Under the pieces are notes generated by a model that made no database searches, was not told the DNA's origin, and saw only the letters and a program-made list of their open reading frames with translations. This document shows positions 44,350-55,821 of a DNA stretch of 64,000 bases, piece by piece. A program made the position numbers and the translations under genes. The stretch is from Epithemia pelagica (taxonomy: Eukaryota; Protista; Bacillariophyta): contig OX337229.1 of assembly GCA_946965045.2 (NCBI GenBank), forward strand, positions 3,224,001 through 3,288,000, in the 5' to 3' direction. Positions within the stretch are counted from its first letter, which is position 1. Each line of letters opens with the position of its first letter.

Positions 44350-46128
44350 TCACCTTCGACCAGGTCGGCTACGGCTTCGGCCATTGGCCTCTTCGCTTTC
44401 CAGTCGGAACATTGCACTGAGTTCCTTCAATGTTGCTTGCTTGCCTTCGATCGACTCCGTTTTGCGCAAGTGAGCCATGGGACCATGCAACAACTTGTTC
44501 ACAATACCACGTGACAAGCGTTCCACAGCTTCCAACTCCTTGTCTGAAAGGTTCGCGTTGGATAGTTTCTTCGTGCAACGCTTCAGTTCCTCTTCACGGA
44601 AGGCATTCGCACGTTCCTGAAGCTGGTTGATGGTTGGGATTGCAGAGAGCGATTCTCGCCAAGCACTGTAACCATGGGCCTCTTCCCGAAGCAAATTCTC
44701 TGCCTCGATCATTTCCTTTTGACGCATCGCTGTTGAGAAAAAAATGATTGATGAGTGGTGTCATGGCATATTCAAACCAGCATTTTGTATCTTGAACTTA
44801 CCCGTATTTTTGGCAACAACGGCTTTCAAGTCATCGACATTGTATGCTGCAACTTTGGGGATCTGTCCGACAACAACAACAACAGCGATTAGTCAGAAAA
44901 GAATGTTTCGACCCGTTCTCTGATCGCTCGACAAATCGGCTAACTTACATTCTTGCAGTCCTCGGCAATATTACGCGGGACCGAAATATCCACAAGCATC
45001 ATTGGTCGTCCACTGGCAAGGCCGTTCTCTTCGAGCTTCTGCTCGTCAATAACGTATTCTTCGCATGATGTCGCAGTGTAGACAATATCAGATCGGCCGA
45101 CAACATCCCAAATATCATCCATAAGTTTGACTTCAATGTCAACATCAGGGAATTGTTCCTTCAACTCCATTGGGCGACCCATGGATCGGTTAACAATGGT
45201 GATCTTTTCCAAACCACGGCTGGCCAAGTGCGTGACCAGCAATCGTGTCATCTTTCCGGCCCCAATGACAGCAAGACGAGCTTCTGAGAACGGAAGTTGC
45301 AAGTCTTGCATCGACATCATCTCAGAAAGTTCGACGGCAGCCGATGAGATGGACACAGATCCCTTCGAAATAGCTGTCTCTGAACGGACTCGTTTACCGG
45401 CAGCGACGGCATTGTTCAAAAGTCTGGAGAGGACCTTGCCACCACTGCCATCTTCTTCGACAGAGTGAAGATAGCATTGACGAACCTGTGAAAGAATTTG
45501 GCCCTCACCAACGACAAGTGAGTCCAATCCTCCCGATACTCTCATGATATGCCAAACTGCATCGTCTCCAGAAAGCATGAACAAGTTCTTGCGCAATGTG
45601 GAAACTGGCAGTCCAGAGCGCTCAGAAAGGTATTTTGTCACGTCGGCCATTGCAGAACGAGCGTCTGAGGCGGCATAGTACACCTCAAAACGGTTGCATG
45701 TCGAAAGCACAGCAGCTTCAGCGACAGAGCCACGAGAGCAAATATCACTGCTTGCTTCATTCCAGTTGTCCTCAGGGACAGCAAGTTTTTCCCGAACTTC
45801 CACATCGGCATGGTGAATTGAAAGACCTACACAGTGTACCTGCAAACCTTTCGACGCAGCCTCCAACCGTTCCTGGAGAATGCAAAAAACAACATTGTGA
45901 GCTTTCTCCAATTCACTAGATCCATCTCGTTCTTCCCCTATGATTATGGCTTACTTCTCGGGTTTTCCTTGTTTTGGCTTCCGTACCAACAAGGTCCGTT
46001 GCGACTTGAAGTGATGTTGTTGAAGGAGCGAAAGCGTTCCGCACGACGGGTCTTGAATCGACGGAGAAGGCCGTAATTGATGGTGCCGAAATAGCCAACA
46101 ACGTAGCAAGAGCACAGAGAGAGTTCAT
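44350..46128 (-). CDS. hemA: Glutamyl-tRNA reductase, plastid-targeted (introns 45873-45954, 44863-44948, 44730-44801)
   Basis: VGLSIHHADVEVREKL, LSTCNRFEVY, GLDSLVVGEGQILSQV, GAGKM, DISVPRN; signal peptide ending ITA-FSV (bipartite plastid leader). All three introns restore the frame. Confidence 0.95.
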
Positions 46129-46551
46129 GTCGACCTTAATCTTGATTCAACTCAACAGTATCTTTACGGCTATGGTTAGCGATGCGGATTGAAGTGGATG
46201 GAGATAGAACAAGAGCTCGAATGAAGCGACGGCGAAACCACCTCGTTCCGCGGCCTGGGCCTTTCTTGAAGTGGAAGATGCACACACGGAACACGACGTA
46301 TCGCGCAACGAAAATGTTGGGGACTGTTGATAGAGGACCCGGAAAAGAAAATGACTACTCCGAATCGGTCGCTTATAGTTCGCCCGACGCATACGAATGC
46401 GTGGTCGGATCTTTCTCTCTTTCTGAATCTTTTCATCTCTTTTCTATCCACATCCACATATGTTGTGTCGACGTTATTGATCGTTCATCAATACGTGTTT
46501 GTGTAGATAGGCCATTGCTGGGTCCATCGGACCAAATTGTACAAAGTCATC

Positions 46552-47490
46552 ATGGGTTCAGGTCTATCGTCACCGCAAAGTGGCCCCCGAATTTCGAAAC
46601 CGATGGTCGGCGTTGATGGCACCGCGCCACTGTCAGAGAAGGGCAACCAAGAATTAGAAAAAATTTCCGCTGAGCTACCAAATGTGATCGACGATGAAAG
46701 TCGACAGCAAGTAGAAGACTACCGACAAGCATGTGACAATGGAAAAGGGCCAATGGTAGCTTGCTTTGCGACTGGTGAATATCTGGCATTATTTGAACAG
46801 AAACACAGTGAAGCGGCCGAATTGTACAGAAATGTCTGTTTCCGGGACAAAAATGACAAATCACCCAATGGTGTCCTACTGGATGGATCTAAAGCCTATC
46901 CCGCTGGCTGTTTTAATCTAGCAAAGATGACCATGACGGGAAAAGGTGGCGTCAAAGTGGACAATGCTCAAGCCTTTCAACTCTTTGATCGCTCATGCCG
47001 AGGAGGACACGGTGGAGCCTGCTTCGTACAAGCACAGCTCATGTTGCAGCAAGCTGGACAACTTGGAGCAGGAGTGCCATATGACCCTCCAAAGGCGATG
47101 GAACTCTTTGAAAAGAATTGCGTTGACCTTGGAGATTCAGTCAGCTGCTTCACCTTGGCTTCTTTCTTGCTTCGAGGAGAACGAGTTAGTTTGTCTGCCG
47201 ACAATGTGAGTCCACAAGAAGCAAGAGGATTCGAGGACATAAAGAAAAGGAAGAACGAGAAAGATAGAAATCGACAATCCGATGACGACACCTTCAACAT
47301 CGCCAGAGATCCACAAAAGGCTGAGAGATTGCTTAAAACCGCATGTGATAGAGGCTCGCATGTAACATCGTGCCACAACTTGGCAGTCATGTACAAACAA
47401 GGAGACGAAGGCGTGCCAGTAGACGACGAAAAAGCAGAAGAGTATGCCAAAAAGACTGAGTCGTTGCTTCATAAGTTCGGTGGATTCTAA
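46552..47490 (+). CDS. Sel1-repeat protein, COA7-like
   Basis: Cys-bearing Sel1-like repeats (ACFATGEYL, GCFNLA, SCRGGHGGAC, SCFTLA, SCHNLAVMYKQGDEGV). Confidence 0.75.
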   Translation: MGSGLSSPQSGPRISKPMVGVDGTAPLSEKGNQELEKISAELPNVIDDESRQQVEDYRQACDNGKGPMVACFATGEYLALFEQKHSEAAELYRNVCFRDKNDKSPNGVLLDGSKAYPAGCFNLAKMTMTGKGGVKVDNAQAFQLFDRSCRGGHGGACFVQAQLMLQQAGQLGAGVPYDPPKAMELFEKNCVDLGDSVSCFTLASFLLRGERVSLSADNVSPQEARGFEDIKKRKNEKDRNRQSDDDTFNIARDPQKAERLLKTACDRGSHVTSCHNLAVMYKQGDEGVPVDDEKAEEYAKKTESLLHKFGGF

Positions 47491-47830
47491 ATGAAGACTG
47501 CACGCGAGTGCGAAGTCCATGAAGGTTAACCATCTGTTTTGCATGGGTCCATCGACAAAATGACAAACAAAAAGACTCACAAAATGACAAACAAAAAGCA
47601 TCGTTCCTCTGCAAGTACTCACAGTTGATTATTGTAGATAGTTGGTGGTTCTCTGTCACCGACAACCTGTATTTAAACCTTCCTCACACTGATGGAACTA
47701 CTTAGAGGAGTACTCCTATTACTACCGTATCCATTCTACCACTACCCGCATCCTTAGGCGAATTTCGGCGCTCATAACCTAATTCAACACCCATCCATAA
47801 CATCCATAGCTACGGAAAAATAAGGAGACC

Positions 47831-48857
47831 ATGGTCGTTTTCACTTGCGACGGATGCGGTGAAGTTGTAAAGAAAAGTCAGGTCGATGCTCACGCTCGAC
47901 GTTGCAGACGATGCATCTCGGTTAGTTGTGCTGACTGTCAGGTGTCATTTTTTGGAGGTGTGTATGCCACGTTGTTCTGTCTTGCCAATTCGCCGTGGGT
48001 TCCCTGTGATTATAGAAGACTTCGTCTCTTGAATGGCCGTCTTATTGCCTTGAGAGTACCATAAATGTTTTAATTAAACTCTTAGGGGATACTGAAAACA
48101 TTGCTAGATTCAATTTTCATGGCACTTCACTCATGACAATGTCTTTATTTTGTTTCACGCAGATGACTACCGCTACCATACATCATGCCTAACAGAGGTA
48201 GAGAGATATGAGAAGAAAGGAACCAAACCCAAGAAGCAAAAACTTACGCCGCAAGAAGCATGGATGGAAATAGTGACCTCATCGGTGGGTCCTGCACCGG
48301 CGCATATGAAGTATCACTTGAATAAGATCGCAGAACTTTCGAACATACCAAGAAAACCAAAGCAATTCGTGAACTTCGCTGCCAATTCACTAAAGTTGAA
48401 AAATTCGGATTCCATTGTCCAGGAGATATGGGAATATCTGAAGAAAAGGCAAGAAGAGGAGAAACAGTCGAGTGTGGGGGACAAAGAAAGCTCGGGAAAT
48501 GGCAATACGACAACAACCTTGCAACATAGCCTGTCGGACAGTAACCAGCAATGTACTGTTATTGAAAGCAAGTCGTCTCGAGAGGTTGTCGACAAACCAT
48601 CCTCGGAAGCAAGTGCCCCATCAAAGACAGATGGGACAGTAAAAGCCACCAAGGAGGTCAGAAAAGCAATGAGAAAAGTGCTCAAGAAAGAAATGGGCAA
48701 GTCCCTCCATATGAAACTTCTTAGCAAAAAAGTCCGTATGCTGTTGGGTCTTCCGCGAGGAGAGGGAAAGGCCCTAAGGAAGACAATCAGGCAGAGTGCT
48801 TCTGAAGGGAAGAAGTTCGTGCTCAACAAAAAGGTGATTGCATTGAAGGTCGAATGA
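47831..48857 (+). CDS. LYAR: LYAR-type C2HC zinc finger nucleolar protein (intron 47958-48162)
   Basis: MVVFTCDGCGEVVKK..H..RC..SCADC..F..G|DDYRYHTSCLTEVERYE; Lys-rich C-terminus. Confidence 0.9.
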
Positions 48858-49733
48858 ATGGCAACGAAGGGTTCAACTACAACCTGCAGAAACTGATTCG
48901 AGCTTACCAGGATCATCCGTTGCTCCCCTCTTTTTATGGTCTCTGGATTGGACATCTATCGAACCCGGACTGCTCCCTCCATCGCGAATATAGTGCTGTC
49001 TTCGATGATTAGTTTCAGCCACCTTATGGCTGCACTAGCCAGCACAAGCTAGTGATCTGATCTTCACTGTCTTCTTGCTGCTCTCAATTCACAACGGCTA
49101 CGCTAACCCATCGCACTCCTAGGAGTAGACCTGCTTCCTTGAATTGATCCCATCTCCTTGAACCAGCACCTACTCCTACCTACCTAGGTAGATGAAAAGG
49201 AGACGTAAGGTAGTCTCCTACCGGTAGGTATTGTAGTAATCCTAGCGAGGATTAGTAAGAGAGTAGGAGTAATATGGTATACGTCTGTACTTCACACGGA
49301 CTCGCCCGTCTTACCTGTGCCCGACATTTTTCGCTGTGTATCGCCTCTCTGTGGCGTAGTACTCCAGACGACTTACATGGAGGGCCCGTCACCCGTCACC
49401 GCAAATTGCTCTTGTCGATGAGAAATAAGAGGTGAGTATTGAGTATTCAATGATGGCTAGGAGAGGAACACTTCTTCGTGTTATAGAATTCTGAAACACA
49501 ATAGGATGTTAGAATATGAACATTGGTGGAGAGAAGCTCGGACGATCCTCTGGAGGCTCCGCATCGCGGATAATTGATTGACCATTAGTTCAACATTGGA
49601 GGGAGCTGTTCCTTCTCCAAGTCGTAGCTATCATTTGTTGTTACAACACCAATGTATTCCGTCTTCCTCATCATTTTCTCCCTCTGTTTGACTTATTTCC
49701 CCAATCCTCGACCCCAAACCACAGCTTTGAACC

Positions 49734-50240
49734 ATGACGGATCAAACAGACATGGAAGAGGCGAGACAACGCATGATCCAAAAGCGATTTGGTGGCGCTA
49801 GCACTTCAACAGGCGGTAAAGGATCTGTTCGGCGCAAGAAAAAAGTGGCAACACGTTCATCAGCAGCGCAGTCTGACGCAAAACTAAGTACTACGTTGAA
49901 AAAGTTGGGAGCCACGAACATCCCAGGAATCGAAGAAGTCAACTTTTTCAAGGAGGACGGAAAGGTAATCCACTTCAAAAACCCCAAGGTACAAGCTGCC
50001 ATTGCAGCAAATACCTACATAATTTCTGGTCCTTCTGAAACCAAGCCTTTGCAGGAACTTTTGCCAAACATTGTCTCTCAGCTCGGCGTGGACAACCTTG
50101 CGCAGTTACAGCAAATGACAGGAGGTGGAGGAATGGGCCAGCAAACCGCCATCGCTGAGGGAAACGAAGAAGAAGATGACGATGACGATGTTCCTGATTT
50201 GGTCGAGGGAAACTTTGAAGAGGTATCGGAGGCAAAATAA
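49734..50240 (+). CDS. BTF3: Nascent polypeptide-associated complex subunit beta
   Basis: GGKGSVRRKKK, KLSTTLKKLG, IPGIEEVNFF, HFKNPKVQA, DDDVPDLVEGNFEE. Confidence 0.96.
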   Translation: MTDQTDMEEARQRMIQKRFGGASTSTGGKGSVRRKKKVATRSSAAQSDAKLSTTLKKLGATNIPGIEEVNFFKEDGKVIHFKNPKVQAAIAANTYIISGPSETKPLQELLPNIVSQLGVDNLAQLQQMTGGGGMGQQTAIAEGNEEEDDDDDVPDLVEGNFEEVSEAK

Positions 50241-50444
50241 TCAGCTAGATCAAGAACTGAATGTTGAGTGTGCGTCAAGTTGCGCATCTGGGTTTTATAA
50301 GAGCAAATACATCAACGGTCCTCTTTAGTTTTATGAAATGTCTTTGAAATACTCTTAGACTTTTGAGAGGTAACTTGTACGTGTTCCACTGGTGCCGTCA
50401 AGGTCAAGAGGAGTCCGTCTTGAACGAATGGCATTGCGCACATA

Positions 50445-51039
50445 AGGGCTGGGGATACCGATCCATGTACATCTAAGTAGGCTCAGTACAAAAGCTACGT
50501 AGAGTACATAAAATCAGATAGTACACGTCACGCCGGAAATGGTCGGAATTTCAAAAACATGCAAAAACGCTCGACAATGATGGCGAGATCCGGTGACGCC
50601 GTATGCATTCACCCATGCATCGCATAAACATCCAACCACCGTAAGTCCTTTGCCTTTACCTTTGAAATTGTTGTCTGAAATTACAGAAGATTTGCCAAGT
50701 TGGCTGAAAAGGTACGCTCATTTTTCTGCAGTGATGAAATCGAACGACCGCCCTAACTCATTCATTTTTCAAGGGTGCCTGAATCAAAGTGAAAGCAAAG
50801 TTGCTCTAGTAGTAAAGATTCTTATTGTAAAAGTGATTCAGGCAGGCTCAATTGTTCAGGAAGTTATTGCCATGGGGGTGATGCCTTCCACCATTGGCTT
50901 CCAATTTGCATTGTTTCTAGTGGCAGCAAGTTTTCAATTTGAGACCATCCGCCCCACTTGTTACACTGATAAAAATAGTACTACGTACCTTAATGTACTG
51001 ACCCTACTTAGATGTACATGGATCGGTATCCCCAGCCCT
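50445..51039. mobile_element. MITE, ~595 bp, 46-bp TIRs (TA duplication, or TWA with one mismatch)
   Basis: 50445-50490 versus the reverse complement of 50994-51039 match 45/46 (first 37 perfect). TA at 50443-50444 and 51040-51041; interior has no credible ORF. Confidence 0.88.
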
Positions 51040-51185
51040 TAGCTCGTAGGAGTACCCCTCTAGTAGAAACCTTGCGAAAATGCGACTGCTGTGCCAGATC
51101 CACATCCGGGTTGGTAATGCCATTTTTTACGGAGCTCTTTTGCAGAACAACAACAACAAGAACCCAAGTGAAAGTCGATCGGACG

Positions 51186-51910
51186 ATGCCGTTTATGAGA
51201 CTGGTTAACACCACATTTCACCGTGGCCGACTTGGTTCCGTTCGTCTTCTTAGCTTTAGCTTCGCAGGACCGAGAAAGTTAAGCGAAGTTCTGAAAGAGG
51301 AGCTTGTACAGGATTTGACAGGAAACGAAGTTGCCGATATTTGGTATACCTATCATGAGAAAAAGGCATGTAACTTTACCTGAACTGTTGCGATTGTTGT
51401 CGATGCCTGATCACTTCTCAACCTCTAAATGGATATCATCAGGACAATGTGGTGGGTATTGTTCTCAGTGGTGACGATGGCAAAACGGTAGTATCGAGAG
51501 CGGCGTCATGTCCCTTCTTCATACAACCTGTGTTCAGAGAAGATGGGTTCTTTACTCTTGTCTCTCAGTTCCAGGGACCAAGTCATTTTCTTCTCGCATA
51601 CCTTGAGGATTACAAAATGGATCCCCATGCCGCGTCGCCGCTGTTAACCTTCTCGGTGTTTGACGACTACGCTGAATCTAAAGATATCAGTCTGGTTCGC
51701 TGTGATATCTTGAATAAGAGTATCTTGGAAGAGGAGGGCCGTAGAGTCGTTCAGAGTCTTATTGAAAATTATCGTGCACCAGAGGAATTCGTATCAGTGA
51801 AAACTTTCAACGATCGTCCGTCTGCATTTGATTTTGATGATCAGATCGCTCGCATGAAAACACGGTGGAATAGTGATGATTCCGTTTCGAGTAGCTCACC
51901 ACCAAACTAG
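51186..51910 (+). CDS. ATP11: Mitochondrial F1-ATPase assembly factor ATP11/ATPAF1 (GC-AG intron 51366-51442; start could be 51117 or 51195)
   Basis: Arg-rich presequence; PRKLSEVLKEEL..EVADIWYTYH, CPFFIQPVFREDGFF..QFQ, LAYLEDYK, LTFSVFDD. Confidence 0.87.
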
Positions 51911-52370
51911 TTATGATGCTCACTTTCAATTGAGAACTGTTCATAGATTTAGTCAAGTCATTCAACCATGTCTTGCGAATCAGTTTGCGCGTCGTCGATC
52001 CTTTACTGTGGTTTCTATGCACGCCTAGATGGATCAACGCGGGTCTTTCTTTGGTAAATCAAAGCCATCGGTCATCAAGAGGACTTACTAAGTTGGTAGG
52101 AGTAAACTCGCACACAGTCGTCTAATGGTAATCCACTCTTCCTCGCTAGTAGAGGAGTACTCCTGCGTAAGGTTAGAGAAGAGAAGTATCCTTATTGTAG
52201 TGCTAGCATCCGTAGAAGAAGTAACCTTTTCGATTTGTGATCGCAGTACAGACGAGCGCGGGCTCAAGATCCGGGCGATCCCACCCATTCCACATTATTA
52301 ATTTATTTTCTCGTTTGCTGCTTGATCATTGCTTCCCAGCGCCTTCAAGAAGTGCTTCAAGATCAAAGCC

Positions 52371-54140
52371 ATGGACTCAGATAGCGACGATGATCTCCTA
52401 AAGGGATCTGGGATGAATCGACGAAAACAGAGAGCTGAGGAGAAGACCAGGAAGAAGCAATGGGATATACTCAATAATGCCATGTCCGATTCCAAACGTC
52501 TTTGCACTTCAGCACACATGGTATCGACCATGAAAAAGAACACAGTCGATAGAGATGACAACGAACTGAGGTCTCGAGCAGAGAACTTAGCCCGCAGATT
52601 CAATGAGGAGAAAGAAGATGTACGGAATCTTGATGAGGTTGAAGGCCTTGATATTTTGGGTCAAGATCAACTTTTAGACAGAGAGCGTAGGAAGGAGCTT
52701 TCACAAGCGAAAGATACAGATCAAAGCACAGGTTGGGGACGTCGTCACATTGTTTCGTTTTGTCCAGAGAGCTGCATTCAAATGGATTTTTACAAATCTG
52801 AAGATGAGGCAGTTTCCGCTTTGAAGAATATAATACTGTCTGGCGACAAGGAAAATCAAGGGTCAGAGTCAGAGCTACTAAACGCACTTTCATTATGCAT
52901 CGAACACTCGGTGCTGAATGATTTCCTGTCTGATAAAACATCAGTTGCTCGTATTCTTCAGAAAAACGATGTTCCGTCATTGCGAGAAGATTTATTTTTC
53001 TGGTTCAAGAGGACCTCTCAAAGTGCTTCATTGATACAGGCATACAAGTTTGTAGAGGGAGTTCATGGCAACCTTGAAACAATAATCCAGGCTGGGTTAT
53101 CTCCTCCTCACAACTCAACGTTTTCCATTACTCACTTTGATTCCGAGCTTCTTGTTTGGGTTCCAAATTCGGAGACCAGCTTTTTCTCAAATGAGACCGA
53201 TCCGTGCAAAAACATACGTTCCCTTGGTTTCGTTCTACAATACTGGTACTTGCTTCTCTCGACATCTCGCTGTCGATACGTGTTGGGTAGTAAGGACGCT
53301 TGTTCTTGTCTTGTCAAGCTTTGCTTGCTTGGTCTCGATTATGAGACATCATCCAGTCTGACGGCAAGAGAAATTCGGGGGATCATCCATCGAATCATTC
53401 CTCTGCTTCTTGATTTGGTGGCAACAACAGAAGAAGTTATGGAAAGCTGGATCGCCGAGGTTGCGGATCAAATCTTGGAAAGGGTTGCGCTTCTGGGTCC
53501 TGGTGAGAAAGGCACTGACGACGAACGAGACAGCAGCGCCTGGATTTGTCATGCGGTGGTTCTCCAGTCCATTCCCACATCCCAAGAGAAAGACGGTAAG
53601 CATATTCCGCACAGACTCTCCAATCTTTTTCGTTCCACCCTCGCCGTCGCTGCGCTTGGATCCTTGTCGTCCGGCGAGGCCCACAAAATGTTTTCCAAGG
53701 GCAGAATCAGTTCAGACATGACTTCCATCTGCAGCAAAGCATTCGACGCCGCGGTTGGTGGCTTTGTGTTTTTGGGTTCCTTGGGAGACAAAATGATTGA
53801 CTCTGCTCCCCTATGTCCCGCGGTTGTCGAATGTGCAACCGTTGCGTTTGAAGCGGGATGTATTCTGATGAAACTTGACAATGATTCAGAGCGTCGATAC
53901 ACAAAGGAGCAAGCCTCTGTACTTGCAAAGATCATGAACACCCTGGACCACCATGCTTCCGCTCTGAGAAAGGCCTTTTCAGGAATGGCGGTGACAAACC
54001 CACACATTCGCCAGGCAGATTACTTTCTTAATACTCTGTACCAATATTTCCAAGTATACATTCCGCAGGCCAAAGACGCAGCCGGCGAAGGGGAAATCCA
54101 ACACAAACAACAGACGACTTTGGATGCCTTCAGGGCGTAG
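52371..54140 (+). CDS. Hypothetical protein (acidic/basic N-terminus, helical C-terminus)
   Basis: 589-aa frame from MDSDSDDDLL; no family recognised. Confidence 0.7.
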   Translation: MDSDSDDDLLKGSGMNRRKQRAEEKTRKKQWDILNNAMSDSKRLCTSAHMVSTMKKNTVDRDDNELRSRAENLARRFNEEKEDVRNLDEVEGLDILGQDQLLDRERRKELSQAKDTDQSTGWGRRHIVSFCPESCIQMDFYKSEDEAVSALKNIILSGDKENQGSESELLNALSLCIEHSVLNDFLSDKTSVARILQKNDVPSLREDLFFWFKRTSQSASLIQAYKFVEGVHGNLETIIQAGLSPPHNSTFSITHFDSELLVWVPNSETSFFSNETDPCKNIRSLGFVLQYWYLLLSTSRCRYVLGSKDACSCLVKLCLLGLDYETSSSLTAREIRGIIHRIIPLLLDLVATTEEVMESWIAEVADQILERVALLGPGEKGTDDERDSSAWICHAVVLQSIPTSQEKDGKHIPHRLSNLFRSTLAVAALGSLSSGEAHKMFSKGRISSDMTSICSKAFDAAVGGFVFLGSLGDKMIDSAPLCPAVVECATVAFEAGCILMKLDNDSERRYTKEQASVLAKIMNTLDHHASALRKAFSGMAVTNPHIRQADYFLNTLYQYFQVYIPQAKDAAGEGEIQHKQQTTLDAFRA

Positions 54141-54569
54141 ATGTGCTGTGTTTGACGGCTGGTTTCACGAGACCGGATAACGTTCTTGTTGACCAATAGT
54201 GTAGTCAACCAAGGAATAACTCCTAATGGCGAGAATACTAACATGCTAGATAGGAAGAATTGGATGAATCTGCACATAGTAAAATCAATTGTTTCGGTAC
54301 AGCACGTTGGATTTTCTGATTGAGATTGATGCAAACCGTTCAGTGATCGTCACAACAGGTCCATCTTTCAAATTCTTTTGACATCAAAATTGACGGATGA
54401 TTGGTTTTTGGTTGGGTTCTGGCAACGCCAACTTTGGTGCAATTCGTCGACAGGCAAGGGGTCGAACCAATACAAGTAAATGACGGTCACATGTAGACAA
54501 AGACAGGTTTCAAATCAATACACCAGCCACGAGACCGGTTAAGTTTTGTTGAATTGAATACTCGCCCAT

Positions 54570-55241
54570 TTAGGCCGTGAAGTATTCGTCCGCTTCCGCA
54601 AAGCCTGTCTTGGTGGGGGCCATTCCTGGTAGCCAAGGGATTTGAACCATTTCGACGCGCCCCAAAATCTCTACTCCCTCGGGAATGTCTCCTCGAGAAG
54701 CGTAGGCACTTATTGTCAAGCCTTCCGACGGCGAATGGACGACCAAAAATTTCCGTTCGGCAAACTCGGTATCGGCCCGGTCAACAAGGACAATCAGATC
54801 GACCGAGTCTTCAATGACTTTGGGAAGCTCCACACCCAAGGATGGGTGTTCTGCAATGAGAACGACAGGATCCGCGACACGGCTCACAATTTCACTTCCT
54901 TGGATTGCCACGGTACCCATTTGAGGTCCGTCCGGATCGGAAAAATCATAAATCCATTGACCTGGATCAGGAGACGGTTCCGAAGAAACCGACATGAATT
55001 CATCCTTTGTCACACCTGGATACGCGCCAGCAATCTGTACTATTCTGGGACTGTAGTCATCTTGGCCAAGTTGCTTGAGGGGAAGGAAACATGCGTTCTC
55101 GCCATGCAACGAGCTCATTAATGGCGTTGTTCTATGCTGAGCATAGGCGCGTCGAAACAAGAGGTTCTCGGTTGATACCCATGCCATTGTGGATGCACCA
55201 TGCATGAACCAGCATGCCAACAATATTCGCCTCAAACCCAT
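54570..55241 (-). CDS. Hypothetical protein, probably plastid-targeted
   Basis: Signal peptide then AW (TMA-WVS) and a transit-like region; compact globular remainder (SLHGENACFLPLKQL..PRIVQIAGAYPG). Confidence 0.7.
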   Translation of the reverse strand: MGLRRILLACWFMHGASTMAWVSTENLLFRRAYAQHRTTPLMSSLHGENACFLPLKQLGQDDYSPRIVQIAGAYPGVTKDEFMSVSSEPSPDPGQWIYDFSDPDGPQMGTVAIQGSEIVSRVADPVVLIAEHPSLGVELPKVIEDSVDLIVLVDRADTEFAERKFLVVHSPSEGLTISAYASRGDIPEGVEILGRVEMVQIPWLPGMAPTKTGFAEADEYFTA

Positions 55242-55821
55242 GGTCGGTCAAACAAAGCTTTGGCTGTCTCTCTGTGTCTCCCTCTGTTGTCAGTGTCAAC
55301 GGTGCCAATCGAAGAAAAACCCGTCGTCCGTCCGAACGAAAAAATGAGGGGCTCGGACAACGGTCGGCTCTGTCCATCTGTCAGAAAAACGTACGATGGA
55401 GGGACGTATGTTCTTCCAATGGTTCTGCCAGCTGGCGGGAGTGATGCGTGACTACACGCGAACTTTGTGATCGATCGACGTCAGCACACGCGAACACCTC
55501 CGCGCTGTGATCATCAGATTCGGTAGATTCCATAGTAGATGGAAAGGTGTCACGACCGTTTATTCGATAGACGGGACGCGCTCAAGAGTCAAATCCCGTC
55601 ATCGGCCAGCCTCTTGCTACAAAAGTAGTATTGATTGACGTAGAGTGCGTCGGTCGGTTGAGTCCACCGCATTGAGGCTTTTCAGTCAAGACTTGCTGAC
55701 GGAGGCATGGTGTGGATGTGATGCAACTCGTGATGTCAATGTTACGTCCTCAAAACCAACGAAAGCGGACCTTCCTTCATCCAAGTTTGTGTTTGATCTT
55801 TGGGGGGACCGATTCTCTAGT

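Noticed and set aside
47555-47598. 24-bp-period tandem repeat acaaaatgacaaacaaaaag
   Set aside because: Simple two-unit duplication in a 3' UTR with no further structure.
49003-49062. Possible C/D box snoRNA (ATGATTA ... CTGA)
   Set aside because: Imperfect C box, no terminal stem, and no rRNA-complementary guide recognised.
16570-50240. Apparent clustering of RNA-metabolism genes (ASCH, INTS7-like, NOT4, DHX, LYAR, NAC-beta)
   Set aside because: Interspersed with unrelated genes on both strands; such genes are common enough that this is not evidence of a functional cluster.
50593-51042. 149-aa ORF inside the second MITE
   Set aside because: No DDE or DNA-binding motifs; it runs through the TIR, so it is a chance ORF.
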